Source: Ylistrum balloti
Taxonomy: Eukaryota
NCBI RefSeq assembly: GCF_031769215.1
Contig: NW_026782111.1
Location: 930,001-994,000, forward strand
Length of the DNA: 64,000 nucleotides
Reading direction: 5' to 3'
In this document: positions 63,700 through 64,000 of the stretch, in pieces
Position numbering within the stretch: the stretch's first letter is position 1
Layout of the letters: each line of letters opens with the position of its first letter
Program-made: the position numbers and the translations under genes
Notes under the pieces: model-generated
Database searches by the model: none
What the model saw: the letters and a program-made list of their open reading frames with translations, nothing else
What the model was told of the DNA's origin: nothing

Positions 63700-64000
63700 T
63701 TCGTGTTAAGCGTCATTTCTGCTTCCTTCAGTGTTACGTGAAGCTCATCATTCCCTAAGTGTTAAGTGTTACTCCACATTGTCTCAGTGTTAAGTGTTAT
63801 TCCTCATTCTTTCAGTGTTAGGTGTACCTCATCATCCCCTCACTGTTAAGTGTAGCTCATCATTCCCTCAGTGTTAAGTATAACTCCTCATACTCTAACT
63901 TTTAAGTATAACTTCTCATTCCCCCAGTGTTAAGTACAACATCTCATTCCCCCAGTGTTAAGTACAACTTCTCATTCCCTCAGTGTTAAGTACAACTTCT
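63700..64000. repeat. 28-bp minisatellite (TCATTCCCTCAGTGTTAAGTACAACTTC), runs off the window end
   Basis: Period 28 (63916 vs 63944). Confidence 0.9.

Noticed and set aside
1-64000. Horizontally acquired bacterial or viral gene cluster
   Set aside because: No long intronless ORFs, operon structure or compositional island. The longest non-repeat coding segments belong to transposons or the small spliced gene.

Overview
AT-rich, repeat-dense eukaryotic genomic DNA with spliceosomal GT-AG introns, tRNA-derived SINEs, a CR1/L2-type LINE, a Tc1 transposon and MITEs. The repeat complement looks invertebrate, probably mollusc or bivalve (inference). I see no prokaryotic operon, CRISPR array, rRNA or true tRNA gene. 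The core is at 36-46.4 kb: two tandem minus-strand copies of a small two-exon gene encoding an N-acylated (MGCxxS) stathmin-domain/STMND1-CCDC198-like protein. Copy 1 is intact (168 aa) and copy 2 is a pseudogene. Between them lies a decayed near-full-length LINE ORF2 with an N-terminal 2A-like 'DVEVNPCP' motif. A complete-ended Tc1 element and an ~880-bp degenerate tandem-repeat insertion are nested inside that LINE. The most unusual signal is that the exons of the two gene copies are ~97% identical with mostly non-synonymous differences, while the intron is only ~70-75% identical. This points to exon-confined, possibly cDNA-templated, gene conversion. The rest of the window holds more than a dozen unrelated minisatellite arrays (22-68 bp units), microsatellites, SINE/MITE fragments and several stop-interrupted exon-like relics. 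Most ORFs in the supplied track are repeat artefacts or antisense shadows. All identities were counted by eye; no database search was run.
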